Shown piece by piece: positions 10,922 through 22,307 of a DNA stretch of 64,000 nt. The position numbers were made by a program, and so were the translations under genes. The notes beneath the pieces were generated by a model that worked only from the letters and a program-made list of their open reading frames with translations, made no database searches and was not told the DNA's origin. The stretch comes from Phoronis australis (taxonomy: Eukaryota; Animalia; Phoronida), in the NCBI GenBank assembly GCA_002633005.1, contig NMRA01000012.1, positions 824,564 through 888,563 on the forward strand. The letters are read 5' to 3'. Each line of letters starts with the position of its first letter. Position 1 is the first letter of the stretch.

Positions 10922-13900
10922 CTAGAAACAAATGCAAACGATAGCTAAAATGAGCCTTTCGACTTCAGCACCAACTTAAACACTTCACGTCAAAATAAAT
11001 CCGCAATATAAGTCACCTAATAGTATGCGGTATGTAGCACATGATATGTTGCTATTTTCACCCATTTATTCGAAATCTGCATGACGTCCAGTGCAAAAAT
11101 CCGTCAATGATTACTTTTCGTGGTTCGAATCTATCTGACAGAGGTCACGGGGTCGAAATTAGGCCTACTCAATACCCGTGAATTCTCCGACAACCAAGAT
11201 TAGCCGAACCTGTCGCGTGCCCACTTTCACCAAAATCAGAGGGGTTAAGCGCGATATACTCACAACAACAGTGGCACGATATAGGGCATAGTGAAAACGC
11301 GCATTTTAAAATGTGTCGATTATTGAGGGTGAAATCGACACATTTCGTTTCGTGACCAAAACCCGCGCAAACTTTCTAATCATGCGCGGAGAAACAAGGG
11401 TCCGCAAACCTCAAATCTGTCCCAGCTCCGCTCCGCCAATGAGAACGTACCCGTGCGCCCCCTGCCTTCCACTGGCCAGTACGGACGTGCACCCCCTGTC
11501 TTCCACTGGCCTCTACGGAAGCGCGCCCCCTGTCTTCCACTGGCCAGGCTCCGACCCGAGGGCTACCGTGATTCCGCGCTCCGGCGCCGATAGTCATATC
11601 CACATTTCTTTGTACTCGCAAAATTTTTCAACCCAACGTTTCTGAAAGCGACACAAATAGCCAATAATCGACACATTTCTTGGAACTTAGAAAATTTTGC
11701 ACATACGCGGGGACAGACCGGCCTGCAGTGCTCCGCCCTCGGCCACCGCTGACCCCGCAGGATGCCGGACTTGACCCCGTGGACCGCCGTTTGGGGAGTT
11801 TTCACAGAGATACCCGGGACACGACTAGGGACTGTATCCCGGCCTGTCGATATACCCCGCTGTATGCTTACCTTTGTTATACATGTATTTTCAATTCACC
11901 TTTGCCAGAAAGCGACACAAATTGCCAATAATCGACACATTTCGTGGGACTTAGAACGTAGAAAATATATCTGAAACTAAATAAGGCGATCCAAATCCTC
12001 CCAAGGATACTATTGTTTCATGAAATGTAGAATATAAATCGGTAAATAAAACAGCAAGAATGGAACAACTGAAATTTGAAATTTTCGGATGTAATAACTT
12101 CCTTTTTTGCACATACGCAGGGACAGACGGGCCTGCAGTGCTCCGCCCTCGGCCACCGCTGACCCCGCAGGATGCCGGACTTGATCCCGTGGACCAAAAA
12201 TTTCAAATTTCAGTTGATCCATTCTTGTTGTTTTATTTACCGATTTATGTGGGACTTAGAAAATTTTTCAACGCAACGTTTCTGAAACCGACCGGACACA
12301 ATGGCCAATAATCGACACATTTTCTGGAACTTAGACAATTTCGCACCGCTTACGAAGGGGACAGACCATCAGTCGCGCTCCGACCTTGCACCGCAGACCC
12401 CGCAAGCTGCCTTACTTGACACCGTGACACGACTAGGGTGCTTTGAAAATATAACAAAGGTAAGCATACAGCGGGGTCTATCGGCAGGCCGGGATACAGT
12501 CCCTAGTCGTGTCCCGGGTATCTCAGTGTGAAAACTCCCAAGACGGCGGTCCACGGTGTCAAGTCCGGCAGCTTGCGGGTCTGCGGTGCCGAGGCCGGAG
12601 CGCGGCTGGTGGTCTGTCCCCTGCGTAAATGTGCGAAATTTTCTAAGTTCCAAGAAAATGTGTCGATTATTGGCCATTTGTGTCGGTTTCAGAAACGTTG
12701 CTTTGAAAAATTTGCTAAGTCCAACGAAATGTGTCGATTATTGGCCATTTGTGTCGCTTTCTCAAAGGTGCTTTGAAATTATAACAAAGGTAAGCATACA
12801 GCGGTGTCTATCGGCAGGCCGGGATACAGTCCCTAGTCGTGTCCCGGGTACTCTGTGTGAAAACTCCCCAGACGGCTGTCCACGGTGTCAAGTCCGGCAG
12901 CTAGCTGTGTCTGCGGTGCCGAAGCCGGAGCGCGGCTAATGGTCTGTCCCCTGCGTAAATGTGCGAAATTTTCTAAGTTCCTAGAAAATGTGTCGATTAT
13001 TGGCCATTTGTGTCGGTTTCAGAAACGTTGCTTTGAAAAATTTCCTAAGTCCAACGGAATGTGTCGATTATTGGCCAATTGTGTCGGCTTTCTCAAAGGT
13101 GCTTTGAAAATATAACAAAGGTAAGCATACAGCGGGGCCTAGGATTCAACCTTTGTGGGAATCCTAAACTCCCCCCTTTCTGAAAACGTAGATCCGCCAC
13201 TGTTGAGATATGCCCAAAACCGTTGAGTTGAGAACGTTTCTGATTAATACGATGCACCGTTGAAACTAAAGCATAAGGGAAGGATAAACATTTCACTGAC
13301 ATTCATGAAACTACAATATTTATGCTGCCTCATCTAGTCCAATATAGATACCTTAACTGACATCTGACCTTCCCCTGGTCAGGCCCTACATTCTGAGTTG
13401 TGGTCACCGCCTTCAAAACCGAACGTACAACGCTTTCGAACTTGGTCAGACTCAATGACCTTGTCACATGGAGTGACGATTTGGTCGCCAGAGGTATATT
13501 GCACGCCGGCTTCACTGGCGGCGGTTGAACAATCGTTAGGGCCTTGAAATTGTTACGCAGGGATGTGGCGCCCTGGAAGCGGCAGAATTGGCGACAAGTG
13601 ACCATCACCTTCACTGGTTCGTTTTTGTTAAAGACGAAACACAGCGGAATTGTTGTGCAGAAGCTGCCCGTGTTGTAGCCCACGGGTACCCTAATTCTGG
13701 ACGATTGGCAAGATTTTTTGTTCCGTATTCTGTAAGAGAAAGCACAATAGACTCCTGCAATTATTATCGTTAGGCCCATAAAAGTTCGTCCAAGCAGACA
13801 GAAATTAATGAGGTAACTCAATGAATTACACACTATAGGCTCTGTACTGGCAAGGTGCCTTCTTATCGTATATAGTTAGGCTACTGGGCTTTCACAGATC

Positions 13901-16900
13901 CAACACTTCTCGAACCTGGTGCTGGTTGAGCGGTAGAAAAACAGCTCTGTTTCTCATGCGGTACATAAAGATTTATGCACGGGACGTTTTGACAGGAATA
14001 CTAATAACTATACTGGTCCCAGACGGTAAACACAGATTTGAGCACACGTGGGCACTTCACCTTCAGATGTTTCTCATGTGTAACCGATTGAAAGATTTGA
14101 TTTGACTTCAACATATGACACAACAAACAAAGATTTTCAACTTTTGGTAAGTGGGATGTTTGATGATGTTCGAGTTGATGTTATGGCACCCTACTATTCC
14201 GCCCAGTACACTTCGATGTGGAGAGGGGTACTGAAGTGTGGATCTGTTAAAGACTGTTAAATGTACATATCAGAAGGTACCGAACACAAAAATAATATGA
14301 TTTACTTTAGAACTCATGATCCAAGTGGATGCATGGCTTGTGAAATGCCGGTGATGCCGAGAAGATGGGCGGTAAATGCAACATAAGAGATTATATAGAT
14401 GACTATCAGTTTGTGTTTACTGCACTAAATTTTAATGTTCACAAAGTTTTGGCAGTATGTTTTTGTCACTTTCATGAAAATTCATAATAGTAAAAACTTC
14501 CTTGATAGAAACTAATTTGCTTTAAGGACGTCTGAAACCCATTACACAAAGATTGGCTGTTTTTAGGATATTTCACTTACGTCTTGCAAATTACTTTTCT
14601 TCGGTGTCGGTGAAATTCAAATACGAAATGTAAGGCGTGTAGCCAGAAAAGAAATTTAGCAGAACCACCTCGTCGAGATTTATTTACTACTTATCCGAGG
14701 TCAGAGGTCGAATGGCTGTCACTCAAATCGAATCTCCCGCCAGGCATAGGTCAGTGTAGAGTTCAGCAATGATAGGACCTAGCTAAAATCTAGCCAAAAT
14801 CTCGCATTTCCATTTAAATTACTCTGCAATATCTCACGTAATCTCGCTAAGTCTTAGACCTCAAAAAGTGTAAAAATCCATTTTAGGAACTTTTTAACTA
14901 CCGACTCGATATCTAATGTTCATTTCTTACTTAGTTTCTTGATATCAGTCTTCCGGCGCGTGGCGTATATCACAGTAAACTGGTGACCTACTGAACTGCT
15001 GACCCCACCATTGTCCTAGTTTAACTCGAGGTACATTCACAAAATGAAAACCGGTTTTAGTGATAATTAACTTAATTGCACACTGCAAATTCAGTTGACA
15101 TTGCGAGTAAATGTTGAAATAGGGAATATGATTAAGAGACATGCATAGGTTATATTGACCAAAAACAAGTTTTCACCGAATAATTAAGCGCAGTCAGATT
15201 TTTAAGACTCGCGACGTTTTCCGGTTTTTCTCGGTTTCGGAAAATTGACTTAATTTAAACTGACGAAAAGGTGGTCTCAAAAACGGCTCGGTGAATTTCT
15301 CTGAAACTTTCCAATTTTAATATTTTTCATCGGTTTCAAAAACGGTGAAAGGGATTTTCCTTTTAAACGCCTAGTTTTTGTGTACCGTAAGATAAACGAA
15401 TACGACTGCTATTTTTTTACAAAAATACCTTACGTTTTGCCATTAAATTTGGCATAAAACCGAAACTAAATGAATCTTTTCAACATTTTGAGGGAAATTG
15501 TAAAGTTTTCATTTAAAAGGGGTTTCATTTCAATCGACCAAGGGGTTATTTTGCTATGAATGTACCGTTATTAAAAATAAAATTTTGATTTCAAAAGATA
15601 ATATAAAACATATTTTTATAATCTTTGGTTTTTTTCTTTCGGAAAACATAATTTTATTAGCTGACATAGCATAGTTTTGTGATATCTACATGTATAAGTT
15701 AGGGTGAAAGTCACTAAATAAGATTTCAGATAACATTAAAAAGCAATTTAGATAAAGTAATATCAGGCTGTGCCATTTGCGCATGCGTGGTTCGTGGTCC
15801 TACCGTCTGATAACCATTTCCCTGTATTTTGAAAAGCACTCCATTAAGTAATATTTTTGAATCGTTTAATGGTGTTTGTCAATTATTGATGTGCACTGCT
15901 GTTGGCGTACCGGTGAGCCTATCGATAGATACACATGTACATGCAGATACAGATTTTTACGTTTTTATTGCTATAAGCATTCGGTTGAAAAACAGGTGAA
16001 TATGAGTCCATGTCCGTGTATTTGGGTGCGTGGATCGTGTTTTGTGAGTCCGTTCCCGTGTTTGTGAGTCAGTGGAGGGTGTTTGCAGGTCCGAGAGTCG
16101 TGTTCATGCGTCCGTGCCCGTGTTTATAAATCCGTTAACCGTGTAGTTTAGGTACCTTGGTTTAGATCCAGCCGGTTGAGGTTGACGAGGGTTATAGAGG
16201 TGGATGGGAAGCCATGGCTGGACTTAGTATCCTTAGTGGTTATACAGAGGAATCTATTCCGTCAAAGTAACTAAGGGTTTAGATTTAGACCAGTTACGGC
16301 TGTAACATTAACTCGCCTCGACTTTTCCATTGAGGAAAAGGCAATTTTTTTCATGTCAATTTTTTTAAAAATAAGGTTCGGCGATTATCCCAGATATATG
16401 TTCCAGTTAATTACGGATTCACGTACTTTTATTACATAGTCGCGCTCTACTACGGAAGTGGCGTTTAGGGGTAAGAATTTCCCGCCATTTTTCTGTGTTT
16501 GAGTTTACTGTAAGGATCTGTTCTACTGTTGTGTTTATGCTGGTTTCCTAAAATTGTTGTCTCCACTTCCCATCGACGAGTATTGCACAACAAGCTGGGT
16601 TGTTAAGGAACTCAATTACGTTAGATTTAGGGATCGTTTAGTTTGAAGTAGCCTGAAAATGACTGGAGTCGGCGACCCATATCAGATGCAGTGACGGGTG
16701 AGTGAAGGAGTGGCGACCAGGAATTTTCTCACGAACAGTTCAGTAGGTGGAGATATGTTTGAGCCCAAGTATAATGAGGCAGAATACGTACAGACGGCTG
16801 TTGAGAGGGAAAAGGCAGAGACTTAGCCGGGACAGACGTCACGGTGGTGGGACGTTGGTCCAAACGCACGGTGTGCACTGTTATGCAGACCTCAATGGAA

Positions 16901-19900
16901 TGCTTATGCTGTTCCCACTGGATGGATACCTGAGCATCCAAACCACTTATATATCGCCATGTGACTCCCTCGCCACACACCAGACACCTTCTAAATACCT
17001 CCAATACTTTAATCAGGTCCACAATAAATTTGTCGAAATTTGGCTCACCGGCCTGTTCACTGGACGACGAACTGTCATCCTCCGTCATTGGGTGTCGAAT
17101 TGGGTCCGTTTTCACTCCCACTACACAACATCCCTGCAGGGTAGCTTACAGCCTCTGGGCTGGAGACCACCGCAGCACAGGGCGCATCAATGCTAGTTCC
17201 TGGAAGTGTGCGCTCTGGGGTACATCCGGAGGTACGGCGGTTGACAGTAGAGAAGGGCCTCCAGTCACTATAGAGGCCACAGCTCGCGAGGCTTCTTGCT
17301 TCAAACTCTTCTCGAGGATGGCGACGGGGCATTGCCGGGAATCAACAACGTTGTTTTGTAGGAACCTTCAATTCCGCGTATACGCCTCTTTCGTAATCCG
17401 ACGGTAGAAACTGCTTGCCACACGTCACTCAGTAATTCTCCACCGTTTTGTACGTTGTGTGTCACCTTTCAGAAGGCGATTGCATACCTAAAGTACACGT
17501 GAGACAATAATGAGCCACCCCGGTACAGCAATCCGTGCGGCACGTTGACTCGTAAACAAACGCGAACGTCTACCGAACTTATCACAACCGAAGTAAAACA
17601 GTGACTGAATGGACAGCTCACACAGTCAGACTATATGAAAACAAAATGGCGGAAAATCTGAACTCCCGTCTCTTCCAAAGTAAGACACGACTAATTAATA
17701 AAATTACGGGAAGCCGCTATTAACTGAAAAATATGTCTGGGATAATCAACGAACCATATTTTTACTGAAATTTCATGAAAAAAGTTGCCCTCTCCAAAAA
17801 TCAAATGCGAAATTATGTCTTGGCTTGAAACGAACTGACAATTCGTTATTGCTTGAGAATATTCTCAGAGCATAAAATGACCATCCGTAACACGTCAGCT
17901 TGTAGAGCTTAGTTGCAATCACTAACGAACGTCCAATCATTAAGTCTAGAACTTTATGTTGAAAGGGTTCCATTGTTCATTCCTGCCATCATTCTGTTGA
18001 CCATTTATTCATGTTTAGGTATTGTAATCACTGACGGTCCGGTTTGGAGAGGGTAGAGAGTTCGTTTGTACTACTAGTATAAACAGCATTTTGCACCTTT
18101 CTTGCTGTCATCATACCGGAAATTTTCCACTACTATGGCGCGGTGGGGTGTACTGTTATAGCTTACGGAAAAAGGCAAACTTCTTGAAAATCTATGGATG
18201 AAAGACATCATGTTCAATTCATTTCCCAGTGAAACCGCGGCTGCAAGGTCAGTCGCTGCGACTGATAAAACGGAGAATTTCGATCCCAGCCGATGACAAA
18301 AAGCAAAATGTAAACCAGTGAACCCAGCCTAATGGAACATTGCGATGGATTGACAGTAGGGTTCATTCATCTGTTTGTAAATTAATGAACCACTTTGTGG
18401 TAATTAAAATTCTGTCCACCTAATCTAAGTTGTGAATAAAGCGGAACTCGCTTTCGCGCTTTCATAGAGAGCACCGGCCGATTGAATATGAAAACTCCGC
18501 TGAACTGGACCGAGGCATAATGTAAGAGGAATGTTATGAAGGACACTGAAATGCGTTGTAATTTACTTGAAAATCAACCAGTAGACTGGGTCGTTAGACG
18601 AAGGTGGCAGGGCTTTCTCGGTCTCGCTTCTTAGGTCTGTCAAACTTGTACAAATTTTCACAGACGTAACATTCAGCGGAGGCAGAGTTGGCTGCGGTGG
18701 CACCCTGAACTTAGACTCCAACTTGCACGCCAAGATTGGTGTTGCTGTCTGCAAAGAAATCGACACGAAGTATGAAACAAAGCATGGTTGGGCTTTCTAC
18801 AGTAATCGTTAGTACGTTTTTCACCACGATGAGTTTCATTTGTCTGATATCACCAAGGAGTGTACGAAGAATTACTACACTCCTTGATATCACTACGTGA
18901 GCTATGAATTTCGGGCTTCCTGTCCTAGCTAAATTAGTTAGACATAAATTTTCATAAAGTTTACTAACGTGGCTTGAGATGATGGTCGTTAAGTCTAAAC
19001 TGAATACGAAAAATTACCAACTTTATATCTGCGACCTTCTAAAAACGCAGCGTTTCGTTTGCAACAGTGTTCTCATGAACGTCTGCTATAGTTTGCGATG
19101 GAGTGTACACGATAGCGCAGACGCCGGAATAGGTGGGCTATCTGCCTCAAGTGAAAGAGCAAACAGCTCACGCCAGCATAGCCATCATTCACATGCCCCA
19201 ACCACCCTACGAAAGAAGACCTCGTCTGAGAAGGACCCTTTAATATGAAAGGCTAAATATCATTAAAATGAAAAAGAATGATAGTTAATTCCATCATCGT
19301 GTGACCAACGAAGTGACCTTCCTTCGCATGAAAGATTGACTTACAAAAACAGGATTGTATCATTGGCCCCTCACTTCGTGAGCGGCCCCCTAAGAAGTTA
19401 TCAATGTAAAATACGAAAAAGAAAGCCATGTACACCATCAACGGACCCTTCCAAAGGCTATGTCCCTAAATATGAAAGATCTACATTTTCATGAACAGGA
19501 AATGAGCAGCAATTGGTGCCATCTTTCAGGTTGTCAATTTTTATCGAGTGATACACATTTTCGAGAAGAAAACAGAAAGCTACAGACGACTCCATTATCC
19601 CTTGCCAGCAAGAGACCTTGGAGAACTGTATGTTTTGTATTCCCTAAAATAGTCCTCTTGAATTAAAAAAATCCAGTGAGTTAATATACTCTACAAAGCA
19701 AGCTGTAATTTACAAATTTTCTGGACTTCTTCAAAGTACAATTTTTAATAATTAAGTCCACGTTTTCAAGCAAAATGTTAATTAATCACAGGCTGTTTCT
19801 TAACATTTTCTCCCTTCTCATGTTTCATCGTCTTTCTTAAGTTCTCGACTACCCTCGGTTCCACGCTTATACCAGATCACTGCCACGGTTTAACCCTGAA

Positions 19901-20147
19901 TATTGCTGGGGTTAACGTGTCCCGCTCCGTAGGGACCACCATGAAGGTTGATCAAACGAGGGTTTTACGAGATTCACCATTACGCAACAGAAAAAATCTG
20001 GTAGGACAAATATATAAGCAAATAACATAAATGTTTGCGTCTCATTGCATTTAACCTCGACAAGGCTAATGTACACTTCACAATCATTGTTTTCAAACAC
20101 AGTGAACTCACCCATAGTGCAGCGAGGACTAGGATGAAAAGTTTCAT
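10738..20147 (-). CDS. Secreted, basic, 12-Cys orphan protein, paralog B (259 aa, 4 exons: 20112-20147, 18567-18748, 13352-13729, 10738-10921)
   Basis: All introns GT-AG with pyrimidine-rich acceptors; phases 0/2/2 join into one 780-nt open frame; signal peptide MKLFILVLAALWTATPILA; TATA upstream; ATTTATTTA and ATTAAA after the stop. Hand-built model. Confidence 0.65.
11269..13202. repeat. Patchwork repeat: ~330-bp tandem units (12437-13137) plus inverted partial units (11600-12430)
   Basis: GGTGCTTTGAAA recurs at 12437, 12767, 13098; motif AAATGTGTCGATTATTG repeated in both orientations; right end GATCCGCCACTG resembles a hAT MITE terminus. Confidence 0.85.
13352..13729 (-). CDS. Paralog B exon 3 (IRNKKSC...KVRCQL)
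   Basis: Acceptor tgtgctttctcttacag; 378-nt symmetric phase-2 exon inside the 167-aa ORF 13330..13833; donor AG|GTATCT. Confidence 0.65.
16333..17795 (-). mobile_element. Older, diverged Kolobok copy with THAP and zinc-finger transposase relics
   Basis: Degenerate versions of both TIRs of 28270-29646; minus ORF KFIVDLIKVLEVFRRCLVCG resembles the Kolobok transposase CxxC region; THAP relic at ~17330-17545. Confidence 0.75.
18567..18748 (-). CDS. Paralog B exon 2 (TATPILACKLESKF...DPVYWLIF)
   Basis: Acceptor tttctttgcag, donor GTAAAT; paralogous to 1037-1206. Confidence 0.65.
20112..20147 (-). CDS. Paralog B first coding exon (MKLFILVLAALW)
   Basis: ATG, signal-peptide core, donor GTGAGT. 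Confidence 0.7.
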
Positions 20148-20207
20148 CCTTCAAAAATTTCGTACTTCAAAACGATACCGAGATTGTCTTTATCTGGCGC
20201 GTTTGTA

Positions 20208-20270
20208 TTATATACACGACTCAGAATGACGTAAGAATTTAATAAACCAGGTGTAATGGAAGTAAATTGT
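20208..20270 (-). promoter_or_regulatory. Promoter of paralog B: TATA, CRE/bZIP-like, E-box, ETS
   Basis: TATATAA (minus) 20208-20214, TGACGTAA 20227-20234, conserved block shared with paralog A. Confidence 0.55.
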
Positions 20271-21163
20271 TTACCAAAATGTGCCGTTAAAATGTAATAT
20301 ACCAGATGGAAAATTCAACGGTGTGTTCGTGGTGAATTAACCCAATTGGCTGTTTCATCAAATGAGCGTTATTACACTACCGATTAAAGTCAGTAGGAGT
20401 GGTTTTAAAGGAATGTGTCAGCTGATTTAATTTTGTTTTTTACCGCCTTTGTCCTCATAACCTCGCCCTCTGTCTACCACACCTAGACAGGTAACCGGTC
20501 TGCATGTAGTTGCCATTGGATCATACGTTAATTTACATTTTGCAAATCAAAACATCACATGCGTTACTTGCCAGGCCAAAATAAACCAACTAAAGGTGTT
20601 TAAGGAGAATGCTACACGATTTATTTCGTGTTTTACAGTCTTAATCGGTCTATACCCACATCACCTCGTATGCGGTCGATCTCACCTCATCGAGAGGGGT
20701 CGCGTTAACCTGCGAGGAAGGCGAGTACAAGACGCAGCGACGTCAGTGGTTCTTCAGCTGAGTGCGTGCCGCTATGATGTGACGTATCGTTCTCGTTATT
20801 GCGAACCATGAAGCTGCGAGGAAAGCTTCGATATGCTTCCAAAGTGGTCACCAACGCTGCAGCAAAGAATGAAAAGCCCGCCGTTATTGCCTGTTAAATA
20901 TGGTTACATCGTAGTACTCAAACACAAAATTTAGCCAAATAAGAACAAATGTAAAAAATGACACCCAAATTTTATCTTGGTGTAAATAATGATGAAATCT
21001 CTTGAGCATGGTCAATATAGGGATCCTATTAATGAAATTAAGGTCACATTCAATGACTACTCTTTCACTAAGTGTTTGCTGATGACGACGCCGTACTCCT
21101 CATGATCAGTTCAAACACGTAGCACAAGTCCCTACACCGTGATAACGAGAATTGGTAAAAATC

Positions 21164-21930
21164 ATCCAATCTCAAGTGTCAAATTCGGAACACGGCGCAA
21201 TCGTAACGGAACAATGGCTAAGTATAGGCTCTCCTGCGATATCTCAGGCGACCGGCAGTGGCGCTGGTCACTACAACTCCGTTTCCGTCGTCTGCTCCAC
21301 TGTGCAATGAAAAAATTGCTTCATTTTTTAAAGAAAATGGAATCTGAGTGATGATGAAAAAACGTAAGCTGCTGGTAAGATGTGAATTTTAATCGAAGCC
21401 TTAGTGAATCACTCAGAAACTCATAATTCTCTCTTTGTCACACCTTAACTTAAGACGATTTCCAAAGCAATTGCGTCATTATTGCCAACCAAAAAACGGA
21501 TTTGGTCTTTTGGGCAATTGAAGACTATTTTAAATACAACAAATTTATTACGAACTGCTTCACAAAATATAAAACATGTAATAAGCATTACAAAAAGAAG
21601 ATTTCGCGAGCAAACGCTGTGGGCTATAACCAAGTAGGTCTCTTAGTATCAAATTAGCAGTTCAATCGTGGTGGTGCAGTGGTAAAGCACGCGCGCTTTA
21701 ACCGCCAGGTCGTGAGTTCCAGTCTGTGGTACAAGCAGTTCTTTCTGTTCGACACTTTCTCCGCGTTTTTTTTTGCCATTTCTTCTTGGATAATACTTCG
21801 GGAATCGAGGAAAAATCAGAAAAATTTCCTCCCCCCATTCGGTGCTATGCGCATCTACAATCGTGCTGGGAGCAAATGTTTACAGACAAAATATTGGGTC
21901 CCCCCTTGTGATATCCTAGATCCGCCACTG
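21164..21930 (+). mobile_element. Interspersed repeat with hAT-like end and internal tRNA-like segment, copy 1
   Basis: Inverted homolog at 56418-57112; ends CTAGATCCGCCACTG; A-box TGGTGCAGTGG (21672) and B-box-like GAGTTCCAGTC (21714). Confidence 0.7.
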
Positions 21931-22307
21931 TACCTCGTTAAATGATAATCATTTGAGTAAAGTCGTGATCTCATATATAATGTTTCACCAAAACAAACAA
22001 AAAAATTTTACATTAAAACATCTGGGAAACACATTTTAGAACAATTCATCTGATTTTTCGAAGCATGCTAGCAATCACCGAAAAATACTTGCACGCCTTT
22101 AGGCGTTTTTGCTTTTGGGTGGGCCAATATTTTCGGTAATCGCCGGTAATTGTGTACTTTGCAGGAGTCATGTCTGTTCAAATCATGTTTGCATTTGACG
22201 TGTAGGTGACGTCAAACTATTCGTGACGTATTCACGTTACAAATTTTTAAAATGGACCTGCGAATGGTTCACAGATCTATTCGAGACTTTGTGAGAGTCC
22301 TGATATC

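Noticed and set aside
16747-17407. Plus-strand 149/148-aa ORFs
   Set aside because: Antisense shadows of the Kolobok transposase relic.
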